Source: a virus. From it: 64,000 bases of DNA. The stretch is from positions 1-64,000 of the IMG/VR virus record IMGVR_UViG_3300028581_000024; one strand, 5' to 3'. Made by a program: the position numbers and the translations under genes. The notes below the pieces were generated by a model. The model worked only from the letters and a program-made list of their open reading frames with translations. It had not been told where the DNA came from and did no database searches. This document shows positions 1 through 9,114 of this stretch, in pieces. How positions within the stretch are numbered: the first letter of the stretch is position 1; each line of letters begins with the position of its first letter.

Positions 1-4
1 ATAC

Positions 5-220
5 ATGGCTATTATATCTGTTGCTGACTTAAAAAATGCATTTGCTGAAGGAGATACACCTACAGGCGGTGATTTTACTAATTTAATTGATACCACGTAT
101 AACTTTCCAAATTCAGCAGCTACAGTTGTAACTGGTCTTACATTAGTACAGACAACCTCAGGGATCCCTGTGTTATTGAACGGGCAAACCTTGTATATTC
201 CCCTATTCCGGGCTAGTTAA
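5..220 (+). CDS. Small hypothetical virion/fibre-associated protein
   Basis: 71 aa. N-terminal LKNAFAEGDTPTGGDFTNLID resembles the FxxGxxPTxxDFxxLID motif seen at tail-fibre N-termini; C-terminal VLLNGQTLYIPLF. Ends before the shared terminator. Confidence 0.55.
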   Translation: MAIISVADLKNAFAEGDTPTGGDFTNLIDTTYNFPNSAATVVTGLTLVQTTSGIPVLLNGQTLYIPLFRAS

Positions 221-246
221 ACTAGTCTTTTTTTATATATTTGACC

Positions 247-277
247 AAAAAAAGAGGCCCGAAGGCCTCTCTTTTTT
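247..277. terminator. Bidirectional rho-independent terminator with C(UUCG)G tetraloop on the minus strand
   Basis: aaaaaaagaggcc-cgaa-ggcctctctttttt between convergent ORF 5..220 and gp23. The minus strand reads GAGGCC-UUCG-GGCCUC followed by a U tract. Confidence 0.9.
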
Positions 278-319
278 ACCAGGACATACTGGAATTTTTG
301 TACTACCGTTGAGTTCGGC

Positions 320-1792
320 TTAGAAGTACACAGATTGTGTACCAGGCGTGAACGCTTGACCGAGACCGCTCAACAAGATGGTATGATAATACAAGTTAGC
401 GCCAAAGATGTTATCAACAACACCGTAGCGGGTCAAAAGACCAACACGGGGGCTGAAATCATTGGGGCCAATTGTACGTTGTACCATAACCGGGATGTAC
501 GGGCAGTAGATGATACCAGTGTCATAAAACTCTGGTCCCTTGTAGCCCAATAGGGCGTACTCTACGCGCGTACCACGCAATCCACCCTCATATTGGGCTT
601 CTGTGCGTGTATCACGGTATACGTTGAAACGACCACCTAGGTTACCAACCTTAGCTACGCCAACAGGTTGAGTGTTGACATTGCCTTGGACGGGTACCCA
701 TTGAAACTCAGGAAGCATTTCGAGAATCGCGCAAACGCGAGGTGTTGCAACTATAAAGTTGGCAGCACCACGACGGTTACGAACTGCGATTCTGTTAGCC
801 TCGATGATCAAACGTTGGTAGAAGTCGCGATTGCGCTCTACTAACCAGCGACCATCCGCGGAAGCGGGAGACCATACAGAATAACCTGTACCGAATCCAG
901 CATTCAGCGAAACTTGGATCATACGAACAATCATTTCGCGATCGATTTCGGCCTGCAACTCATACGACATAGCGTTGGTGAGTTCGGTATCGATATCGAT
1001 GCCATTCATGTTCTTAAGATCCTGTTCGAGTTCCACAGACCAGCGTGCAGCAAGTCTACGAGTACCAGCTTCGACGGCCGTCTTTTCAAACGAAACTTCG
1101 ATCTGAGGGATTTTACCTGTCAATTCGAAGTTAGCGAGGACCTGAGCAACGCCCTGATCAACCCCGATTGAGGGGAAGAGGGAGGCTGCTACGCCATCGC
1201 CACCGGAGAGTTTAGAGCTCGATGTGCCCGTGTAACGGGTATCGAGGTACTGGTAGCCAAGTTCTTTGTTCGCAGCTTGGGCTTGAGGATTGGACATAGC
1301 AGCGCCAGCATTTGTGCCGGAACCGTCTACACCATCATTGCCCAACTGGTTTGCAGAATACTTATAACGTAAAGCAAAGGCAAGACCTACTGGTCCGCCC
1401 ATGGGCTGTACGCCTACAATTTCATTGGTGATTAGCTCGGGGAACGTTCTACGAATCATCGGGATGAGTATCTTGGGCAAGCGAGAATCGCCTGTGGCAT
1501 ACCAGTCACCCTGGGGTGAGGCATTACCAAAAGCGCCACCTTGACCACCCATTCCACCAGTGGGGCTATAGGCGCCGCCAAAGACGGATCCTGTGCCACC
1601 GGCGACGTTCGCCTCACCAATACACCAGGACTCTTGGTTTTCCAAGAGCATGGCTGTATTTAAGCGAGTGTGATCGTCTTCAATGGGCTTGACGTTGTCG
1701 GAAGTGTAATCCAAAACTGGTTTCCACTTTTCGAGCAACGCTTTAGCGCGAGACTCATCAATATAGGCCGTTGTCGGTCTGATTGATTTCAT
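320..1792 (-). CDS. gp23: T4-like major capsid protein
   Basis: LLEKWKPVLD, TAMLLENQ, LIPMIRRTFPELITNEIVGVQPMGGPVGLAFALR, RRLAARWSVELEQDLKNMNGIDIDTEL, YCPYIP, GLLTRYG: all gp23 signatures. SD AAGGAG upstream. Confidence 0.98.
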   Translation of the reverse strand: MKSIRPTTAYIDESRAKALLEKWKPVLDYTSDNVKPIEDDHTRLNTAMLLENQESWCIGEANVAGGTGSVFGGAYSPTGGMGGQGGAFGNASPQGDWYATGDSRLPKILIPMIRRTFPELITNEIVGVQPMGGPVGLAFALRYKYSANQLGNDGVDGSGTNAGAAMSNPQAQAANKELGYQYLDTRYTGTSSSKLSGGDGVAASLFPSIGVDQGVAQVLANFELTGKIPQIEVSFEKTAVEAGTRRLAARWSVELEQDLKNMNGIDIDTELTNAMSYELQAEIDREMIVRMIQVSLNAGFGTGYSVWSPASADGRWLVERNRDFYQRLIIEANRIAVRNRRGAANFIVATPRVCAILEMLPEFQWVPVQGNVNTQPVGVAKVGNLGGRFNVYRDTRTEAQYEGGLRGTRVEYALLGYKGPEFYDTGIIYCPYIPVMVQRTIGPNDFSPRVGLLTRYGVVDNIFGANLYYHTILLSGLGQAFTPGTQSVYF

Positions 1793-1873
1793 AATAGATT
1801 TTGTTCTCCTTAATTTCGACCTGTAGAATATGTAAATTCTACAACATTATTCAGGCAATTGCCTCAACCAAAA

Positions 1874-2749
1874 TTAGTATTTGGATAGTTCAGCAAGGTA
1901 AGGATTAACTCTGACGCTTTCCTCAACAGTTTGAACACCCTCTTCTATGGGGCGATCTACCTGTGTGGCAGCGGCTTCAGTTACAGCCTCTTCCTTGATG
2001 GTTTGAAGCCGTTCTTTTTCTGTCTTGTCAAACAAGCTCAAAGCATAATCAATGTTTTCAGTAATGAACGTGGCATTCTTGTTGTGCATTACTTTATTAA
2101 CATAATCACGCTTACGTGGTGTGAGACCTACTGTCTTCTTTTCGAGAGTAAGTTCCGCATCACGAGCAGCAAGTTGCGCTTTAGCAGCTGCTAGCTCTTT
2201 TGTAACGGCTTCAAGCTTCGTAGAAGCTTCATTAAGTTGATTCTTTCCGTCAACGACGGCTTCGCGAATACTTTCCTTCGCAAGGGCAGCATCAACGCCC
2301 AAAATATTTCTTAACTGTCCAAGAATTTCAAGAGCACGCTTGTTCTTAACAGCATTTTGAATTTCTTCAGTAGGGATAGTTTCATCAAGATAAGCTTCTA
2401 AATATGTGCTAACATTGTTAATAGTCTCTGTCTTAAAGCTCTTGGCTTCAGCACGGATAATGTTAGTATACTTCTCAACAATAGCTTTAAGCTTATCTGC
2501 ATGGTTTGCATCAAGAGCATCAACAACTTTTTGTAATTTGAGAGTATGATCAGCATCGACAGCTTCTAAAAGATGCTCTAACTTCTTGCTATAATCTTCA
2601 TCTTGCTCTGTTAAAGCTTTGGTAACATGAAGCTCAACCTTTTCGTTTACCTTGGCGTTAAACGCCGCTTCGATATCATTAAGAACTTCCTCAGAGAGGA
2701 GATCTTGGGTTGCTTCCTTTAGGATAGATTTAATGGTTTTTGTACTCAT
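1874..2749 (-). CDS. gp22: Prohead core scaffolding protein
   Basis: Coiled-coil, E/A/K-rich 291 aa protein directly upstream of gp23, ending VNPYLAELSKY as gp22 homologues do. Confidence 0.85.
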   Translation of the reverse strand: MSTKTIKSILKEATQDLLSEEVLNDIEAAFNAKVNEKVELHVTKALTEQDEDYSKKLEHLLEAVDADHTLKLQKVVDALDANHADKLKAIVEKYTNIIRAEAKSFKTETINNVSTYLEAYLDETIPTEEIQNAVKNKRALEILGQLRNILGVDAALAKESIREAVVDGKNQLNEASTKLEAVTKELAAAKAQLAARDAELTLEKKTVGLTPRKRDYVNKVMHNKNATFITENIDYALSLFDKTEKERLQTIKEEAVTEAAATQVDRPIEEGVQTVEESVRVNPYLAELSKY

Positions 2750-2753
2750 AAAA

Positions 2754-3152
2754 TTAGAATAGTTTTACACCTTTCACAGAGGCAATACGGCTTTGTAATT
2801 TGGACTCCATAATCTTCTTTAAATATTTATGGGCCTGAGCATAATTTTTTTCGTTTAAATTCTTTAAAAGTTGTGCAATGTCGGCGCGCTCTTTCATAAC
2901 TGTATTATATTTATTCCCAGCAGGCATATAATTTGCTGGATTTTGGACAACTTTTTTACAGCCACACTCTTCATTTTCACCACATTTACATTCATTTGAT
3001 TCATCAGATTGTGTGGACATTTTTTCTGCAGCTGTTTTTGCTAGGGTGGTAGCAATTAATCTACCAGCAAGACCTACACCCAATTCCTCAGCAGCTGCAC
3101 CTGCAAGAGCCCCTGCAACCATTGGTGCAATTTCTTCAATTGGTTGACTCAT
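2754..3152 (-). CDS. Prohead core protein with gp67-like C-terminal domain
   Basis: Lies between gp21 and gp22. C-terminal IAQLLKNLNEKNYAQAHKYLKKIMESKL resembles the gp67 helix pattern. ATGA overlap with gp21. Confidence 0.55.
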   Translation of the reverse strand: MSQPIEEIAPMVAGALAGAAAEELGVGLAGRLIATTLAKTAAEKMSTQSDESNECKCGENEECGCKKVVQNPANYMPAGNKYNTVMKERADIAQLLKNLNEKNYAQAHKYLKKIMESKLQSRIASVKGVKLF

Positions 3153-3823
3153 AAAACTTTACTAATTTTTGAAAAGAACTCCACAATCTGTTCTTTAAGA
3201 TATCCTTCCACATCTTTTCTTGGTAGGTTACGAAGCTTATCGCTAAAAGAATCATAATATTCTTCAAAACGGCCATCACTTGTCGCAACAAATTGTTTTG
3301 ATTCAAGAATACCATTTACAAACGCTTTTGGAAAGCTTGGATCTGCAACACAATCAACAGCCACGAGACGAAAATCTTTTACTTTGTTAACACCATTGCC
3401 CATTTCTTGCAATGAACCTAAGGCACGAGAACTCATACCAACACGGACACCGTCGTTAACTAAGCTACGAACAATTTGTCCCATGGGGGTTGTTAGTACT
3501 TTGGACTTACCGTAATATACATTACCAGAACGATTCATTTCTGTTACTAAGTGACAAGCACGCTCGAGATTGACTTCAGCAGCTGTCGGGTGGTTCAATT
3601 CACCCATGCTTCTGTTTGTCTTAACCATCTCATGAATATAACGATTAACTTCTCGATCCATTTCTCCAGAATCATAAACTCTCTTATTCTTATTAACCTC
3701 TTCACACTGCATATAAGGTCCCTTGATATACATGGTGCTTGACTGACTACCGTTCTTCTCTTCAACCACGTATTCGTACTGATCTTCAGGAGCAGGTGTC
3801 TCAACTAATAGTCTTAAAGCCAT
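3149..3823 (-). CDS. gp21: Prohead protease
   Basis: YIKGPYMQ, NKNKRVY, SMGELNHP, KVLTTPMGQIV, GMSSRALGSL, VDCVADPS. Confidence 0.96.
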   Translation of the reverse strand: MALRLLVETPAPEDQYEYVVEEKNGSQSSTMYIKGPYMQCEEVNKNKRVYDSGEMDREVNRYIHEMVKTNRSMGELNHPTAAEVNLERACHLVTEMNRSGNVYYGKSKVLTTPMGQIVRSLVNDGVRVGMSSRALGSLQEMGNGVNKVKDFRLVAVDCVADPSFPKAFVNGILESKQFVATSDGRFEEYYDSFSDKLRNLPRKDVEGYLKEQIVEFFSKISKVL

Positions 3824-3827
3824 ATGT

Positions 3828-3835
3828 TATTTATT
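3828..3835 (-). promoter_or_regulatory. T4-late-type promoter AATAAATA, 4 nt before the gp21 ATG
   Basis: Minus strand AATAAATA-acat-ATG. Confidence 0.75.
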
Positions 3836-3846
3836 AGTAGTTTAGT

Positions 3847-4302
3847 CTATTTTCTCAACTCTTTTTCTGTTAAAATAGTAAATTCGTACCCTCTTTCTTT
3901 GCACCATTTCTTTGCAGCTTGCCATTTAGCTTGATTTTGAATGTATGTTAACTGTTCATATAAAAGAGTTTTTTTATGCTTACCGGGTGTCTCTTCTGGC
4001 TTTACTGTTTGTTTGTGTGGTTTAACCTCAACAAGAAATTTCTTTATTCCATCTGCTGTTTTTAATTTTATTATTGCGTCGACAATATAACGATGTATTT
4101 TATGATCAATAGGGCTTTCATAGGGAATAACAATGCTCTCACTCCCCCACTCAATCACATTAGGGTTATTATCACACCAGCGAAACAATTTTAATTCCCA
4201 GCTGCTAAGGTAACGTGGCAAATCATGCCCTTTGTATTTTTGTGCATGTGTAGGCTTGAAAATGCCCTGTATGTACTTGTTATTTTTGGGTGTGAACTTC
4301 AT
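3847..4302 (-). CDS. gp4: Head completion protein (TnsA-like nuclease fold)
   Basis: QGIFKPTHAQKYKG, YLSSWELKLFRWCD, WGSESIVIPY, HRYIVD, VEVKPHKQT, NQAKWQAA, FTILTE. Confidence 0.93.
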   Translation of the reverse strand: MKFTPKNNKYIQGIFKPTHAQKYKGHDLPRYLSSWELKLFRWCDNNPNVIEWGSESIVIPYESPIDHKIHRYIVDAIIKLKTADGIKKFLVEVKPHKQTVKPEETPGKHKKTLLYEQLTYIQNQAKWQAAKKWCKERGYEFTILTEKELRK

Positions 4303-5297
4303 CCAACGAAGAATTCAGGTGGGGGTGCATCACCAAACCCTGCTGCACGTTCATATAATTTCTTTTCCAAATCAGCTTTTTCCTCACGACCATTGTTCAG
4401 CATATCATTATAATTAATAGACCCGCCGCCGAACAGCTGGGTGTTTTGATATTTACCACGAACAGATCCAATTGCTATTTTTGTTAGAGCGAGAGCGTAT
4501 TGATAGACCCAAGGCTCTTTAATAATATCGACTAGAGGGCGCTCAACATACGCTGTCACAATACCATAAAAATGTGAACTACTACTACGGGGCGGCGGGA
4601 ACAATTGCATGTATTGTGTGCGACTGTCAAAGTGAAAATCACGTCTCAGGGCCAAAACTTTTTCGCGAGTGTCCAGCCAATTCTTCAAAACATTCCAACT
4701 GACCAAGTCAAATCCATAATTGCCCAGAGCATAGCTGAAATAACTCTGTTGTGCCAATGATTGTTCAATGGTAAACAAAGTGTTTATGCCATTGCTACTG
4801 CCTTCTTCAAATTCTGTGACATCAATGACACGGCGGTAATCATCTAGCAAATAATCGTAACTGTTTAATAATTCTAATTCATTTGGTCTGCTTTGATCAA
4901 CAACTTGATATAGGTATGGGTCTGCTGGGTCACCAATAACCATCCTACCAATTGAGTACATTGATTTAATTTCTGGGGAAACATCTTTAAATTTGGCTCT
5001 AAAGTTAAAATCTTTGGTCAAACTAAACAAAACATCCAACCGCAATCCTTTAAACTCTTCGTAAAGCTTACTATCAAAAACTAGATATTCTTGTGTGTAC
5101 CCTGCAAACTTCGTAAACATTTCACACGCCATACCAATAAACTCATTCAACTGATCTGCATGAATTTCTATGTTTATGAGTGGTGCACCTAGTGCACGAC
5201 AAATACGTTGCCCAAGCCGTTCATAGCTTTGGATCTTTGATTGTAGGTTAGTACTATAGAAAGAACTCACCGGTTCCACATCACTGCAAATCATCAT
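4299..5297 (-). CDS. gp13: Neck protein
   Basis: RALGAPLINIEI, WVYQYALALTKIAIGSVRGKY, GGGSIN, C-terminal PPEFFVG. Confidence 0.9.
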   Translation of the reverse strand: MMICSDVEPVSSFYSTNLQSKIQSYERLGQRICRALGAPLINIEIHADQLNEFIGMACEMFTKFAGYTQEYLVFDSKLYEEFKGLRLDVLFSLTKDFNFRAKFKDVSPEIKSMYSIGRMVIGDPADPYLYQVVDQSRPNELELLNSYDYLLDDYRRVIDVTEFEEGSSNGINTLFTIEQSLAQQSYFSYALGNYGFDLVSWNVLKNWLDTREKVLALRRDFHFDSRTQYMQLFPPPRSSSSHFYGIVTAYVERPLVDIIKEPWVYQYALALTKIAIGSVRGKYQNTQLFGGGSINYNDMLNNGREEKADLEKKLYERAAGFGDAPPPEFFVG

Positions 5298-8200
5298 ATA
5301 ATAGTTATTCCATCTCCACCAGAATAAGGCACACTTCCACCAAGAGTTAACCCATATATGGGCGTTATTGTGTCTGTTGTGTTTGCACCAGCTGGCATTG
5401 GATCTAAACTTATGCCAGGCCCATTATAATATGTGTAATCTGCATTCAAATTATAATAGTACTTGGTGGGCTTGCCATGCAGCTTGCTGCCATTGCTTGT
5501 GAATCTAATCACAGTCACACTGAGAGAAGAAGGAGCAATAACAGATGTGGTGCCACTAGATAGTTCATATACTTTTGTGGAAAATACATAATCTGAATCA
5601 AATACAAGGGTGCGGCCACCTGGGTCATCTTGCTGTACTACTAATGTATAATCACCCCCTTTCTTTTTTGTACCAACAGGCACAATATTTTGCACAAAAG
5701 CATTTGCCGACAAATTGACAAAGGCAACTTGATTGGCAGAAAGATTCCAATTGAACAATTCGATTTGATTTACATTGGTATACTCTTGAGCGGAGAGTGT
5801 TAAGAATTTTAATACAGCATTTGACAATCGTTTGGGGTAATAACCAAATCGTCTGATATAGCCAGTAAACCCATCCATGCCCCCTGCAGCTGACGCTCCA
5901 ATAAACCCACTGCTCAAATTGCCTGGCACCAAGGATACAATACTAGTCCCTACAATATTGCCTGAATCAGCCAGAGTAACATTGTTCACAGCGTAGCTTA
6001 ATGCAAGTGCACGTGGGTAATCAATTCTATTGTTAGGCGAAGTTAGATTATAACCAAGCGCTACTGAATCATTAACTGTGCCCCTGACATTTGCAGTGTA
6101 ATTGTTTTTATATCTTAAGGCAGTTGAATTGCTTGAACTATCATTAGTGAATCTGTACAATGAGAAGCCGCTTGCCGATGCTGCTGTGGTGCTAGGAATC
6201 AATCTTGTTTCAAATAAAAATGTTCCCTCGGTATTATTGAGAATGGCACCAGACACAAAGCCGTATTCTGTATCCCTTGTGTAGTATGAGGAGCTAATGG
6301 TGGGTATGTAGGATGATGGCACAACATTGGGAACATCTATATTTTGTTCCAATTGTGCACCCCACACATAAACAGTTCCATTGGAATTATTAAAATTGTA
6401 TGCAGGGGCTATGCGAATGGATGTATTAGTGGCAGAGTAGTAGGGCAACACAATTCGATACCATTGTGCCTGTGGAAACGCATATGAAAACGATGACAAT
6501 ATGCTTGTGTAACTGGACAGGGTATCCAGAGTTGTACTGTCCACAATTTTTATTCCATAGTCTGCTGCAGATAATGTGCCAAGCTTCACATACAATGAAA
6601 GAATATAATCTGCACTTGGGTTGATGGGTATTGTGTAGGAATATACTGTGTTGGATGTGATGGGGGTAACAACAGTGGCAGGTAAATTGTAAGCAGGCGA
6701 GGCTCCACTCTCAGCAAGTGGTGTTTCAGTGAAAAATGTTGTCATGGCGCGGTCTGTGCCATCATATGCAAATGCAACAAACAAGCCATCCCAACCACAA
6801 GTGACAGTGCTCCATTGGTTTGCAGCTGCTGCCACATATCCACGCCAAATCTTACCATTGCGCGAGTACATGGTACGTGTTGTACCGTCAAGAGAAACAG
6901 CAACAAAAATGCCATTGCCATAGGTTACTGAGCGCCAACTGTTTTGTTCAATGGAATCATATGTGCTCCAGTTCACACCATCAGCAGAAATCATTACTCT
7001 GTGTGCACCATCAGAGGCAACAGCAACAAACAACCCATTGCCGTAAGCTACACTTGTCCAGCTATTATTCTCAGGCACCGGGTATGCAGTCCATGTTTCA
7101 CCATAATCTCTTGACACCATGACGCGATTTGTGCCAGTATTAGATATGGCAACAAATATACCATTGCCATATGCTATTGATTGCCAACCATTCCCTTCTG
7201 CTGCAGCTGCCGACAGCCATGTAACCCCAAGATCAGACCGCATGACTTGACACAAGTCTGTGCCGTTTACAGCTATGGCATCAGCAACAGCAACAAACCA
7301 CCCATCACCATATGTAACTGATGTCCATGTGGCTGGTTCTGGTGCATCCCGCCCAACCCAAACTGAGCCTGTGTTTGAAGTGTTTATTCGATTGACATCA
7401 CCAGCGCTTGCCACAATCACAAACGAATTGTCACCAAAAGCAACGCCACACCAATCAGAACTGGTGGTGGATGCTTGAGTTGTCCAACTAATACCATCCA
7501 ATGAGGTGGCTAATGTGCCACCAGTGCTGCATGCAACAAATGCTGGTGTTGTGCCACTGAATAGACCTGAAACAACCCCTGTCCAGGTAGTCAAAGCAGG
7601 GGTACTAGAAGCCCAGGACATGCCGTTAGCTGGTAGCACCTCCCAATTTACAATTTCACCTCCATACGGTACAAAATTTGTTCTTGATCGCTCAAACAAA
7701 GATCCTTCACACTGCCAAACACTCAGTATGTTGCTATATTCATGATTAGAGCGGGGTAAATTTTCTCCTACAAACCGTATTTGCCCATTTTTATCTATAT
7801 AGCTTGCAGATGAATTTCGAACATAGGTAAGAAATCCACCTGTGAGGATATTGGCCGTTGTATTGCCGCCCATGAAGTCACCATACAATATTGCTGAAAT
7901 TGTTTGTGGTGCCAAAGTTGTGCCTTTAAAATTATGCGCTTGTGTTGACTCTTGTGGTGTGGGCAATCGATAGGTTGTAGCTTCAAATGGCCAGTCAGCA
8001 CTATAGGTGTTTGTTATGGTGTATGTATTTTCATACCTGGCTGATGTTTGGCTGTAGGTAGTGGCAAAACTAGCAACGTTTTGCCAGTTTGAACTTAATG
8101 CTGTTACTGTGTTATATGTTGTTGGATACAGGAAATAGTCTGCACTGTTACTGCAAAGGGCGGTGTAGGCCGATTGCCACCTGGTACTGTTTGTGGATAT

Positions 8201-8356
8201 GGCAGGGGTGTAGGATGGTATTACATTGTAGAAAGTTCCTACAAAAGGATCATCTGCACCTGCTATGGGGTCAATACCACTGTCAACATACCCGTGTGTT
8301 GATACCGAGTGATGATTGGTACTGTGAAATTTGTTGTGAAATGGTGTATTGCTCAT
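5294..8356 (-). CDS. Tail fibre/adhesin-like protein with WxSVxYGNGxFVAV beta-propeller repeats
   Basis: About six tandem W..V.YG.G.FVAV repeats, a carbohydrate-binding-like sandwich (VYVWGAQLE), 14-residue SxxWxxxYTT repeats, and a His-rich N-terminus shared with the next ORF. Confidence 0.75.
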   Translation of the reverse strand: MSNTPFHNKFHSTNHHSVSTHGYVDSGIDPIAGADDPFVGTFYNVIPSYTPAISTNSTRWQSAYTALCSNSADYFLYPTTYNTVTALSSNWQNVASFATTYSQTSARYENTYTITNTYSADWPFEATTYRLPTPQESTQAHNFKGTTLAPQTISAILYGDFMGGNTTANILTGGFLTYVRNSSASYIDKNGQIRFVGENLPRSNHEYSNILSVWQCEGSLFERSRTNFVPYGGEIVNWEVLPANGMSWASSTPALTTWTGVVSGLFSGTTPAFVACSTGGTLATSLDGISWTTQASTTSSDWCGVAFGDNSFVIVASAGDVNRINTSNTGSVWVGRDAPEPATWTSVTYGDGWFVAVADAIAVNGTDLCQVMRSDLGVTWLSAAAAEGNGWQSIAYGNGIFVAISNTGTNRVMVSRDYGETWTAYPVPENNSWTSVAYGNGLFVAVASDGAHRVMISADGVNWSTYDSIEQNSWRSVTYGNGIFVAVSLDGTTRTMYSRNGKIWRGYVAAAANQWSTVTCGWDGLFVAFAYDGTDRAMTTFFTETPLAESGASPAYNLPATVVTPITSNTVYSYTIPINPSADYILSLYVKLGTLSAADYGIKIVDSTTLDTLSSYTSILSSFSYAFPQAQWYRIVLPYYSATNTSIRIAPAYNFNNSNGTVYVWGAQLEQNIDVPNVVPSSYIPTISSSYYTRDTEYGFVSGAILNNTEGTFLFETRLIPSTTAASASGFSLYRFTNDSSSNSTALRYKNNYTANVRGTVNDSVALGYNLTSPNNRIDYPRALALSYAVNNVTLADSGNIVGTSIVSLVPGNLSSGFIGASAAGGMDGFTGYIRRFGYYPKRLSNAVLKFLTLSAQEYTNVNQIELFNWNLSANQVAFVNLSANAFVQNIVPVGTKKKGGDYTLVVQQDDPGGRTLVFDSDYVFSTKVYELSSGTTSVIAPSSLSVTVIRFTSNGSKLHGKPTKYYYNLNADYTYYNGPGISLDPMPAGANTTDTITPIYGLTLGGSVPYSGGDGITII

Positions 8357-9108
8357 TCAAGGTATTTGGTTACATCTCCATACATCAGGGTTCCATCACT
8401 AACAAAAGTTATAACTGTTCTGCGATTTGGTGTAATGTCAATGATACCAGATTGCAGTGGGGTGTCATTGAAGCGGTAAGCTGTATCAAACGATGCATCA
8501 TTACCAGCAATGGCAGGCTGCAGACATGTCAACACATATGTGCCACCCTTTTTCATGTTGAGAGGATTGGATACAAAGTAGCTGCTGATCATTCTTATGA
8601 AGGTACATTGATCTGCATTTAAATCCCAAGATAACGTAAGTGGTGAGTTGTTGTTGGCGAGATTCGTGCCGCTAAATGTCTTGGAAGCAGTGTATTCCTG
8701 GGCAACGCCTAGATACATAACACCCGGTATATTCCATTGCGCGCTAAATGTACTAACAGTAGTGTAAACAGACTCATATTTTGAACTGTTTGCCTGAAAT
8801 ACTGTGTATGCCACATAAGCATTATTCCAATTATCAGAAAGGGTATTAATTGTTGTGTACATTGAGCGGGTATTTGCCCAATTACCAGAGAGAGTATTAA
8901 CAGTATTATATGTGGACCACCACTCAAAACTATTGGTTGGTATATTATATGAGCCAGCACCATCTGTTAATATAGTATAAAAGACCCCTTTAAATGGTAA
9001 TTCTTCTGAAGCAATAGGATCAGTATTAGAATCAGGTATAGTTATAGATGGAGCAGTATGATGACTTGCTCGATGTAGCTTACTATGAAATTTAAATGTT
9101 CCTGCCAT
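8353..9108 (-). CDS. Short fibre protein, paralogue of 5294..8356
   Basis: FHSKLHRASHH...DPIA...PFKGVFY N-terminus, WxSTYNTVNTLSGNW repeats, and a C-terminal KKGGTYVL...VITFVSDG domain. Confidence 0.7.
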   Translation of the reverse strand: MAGTFKFHSKLHRASHHTAPSITIPDSNTDPIASEELPFKGVFYTILTDGAGSYNIPTNSFEWWSTYNTVNTLSGNWANTRSMYTTINTLSDNWNNAYVAYTVFQANSSKYESVYTTVSTFSAQWNIPGVMYLGVAQEYTASKTFSGTNLANNNSPLTLSWDLNADQCTFIRMISSYFVSNPLNMKKGGTYVLTCLQPAIAGNDASFDTAYRFNDTPLQSGIIDITPNRRTVITFVSDGTLMYGDVTKYLE

Positions 9109-9114
9109 AAAGCC

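Noticed and set aside
3847-4302. TnsA-like transposon nuclease
   Set aside because: Motifs and context match T4 head completion protein gp4; there are no other transposon genes or ends.
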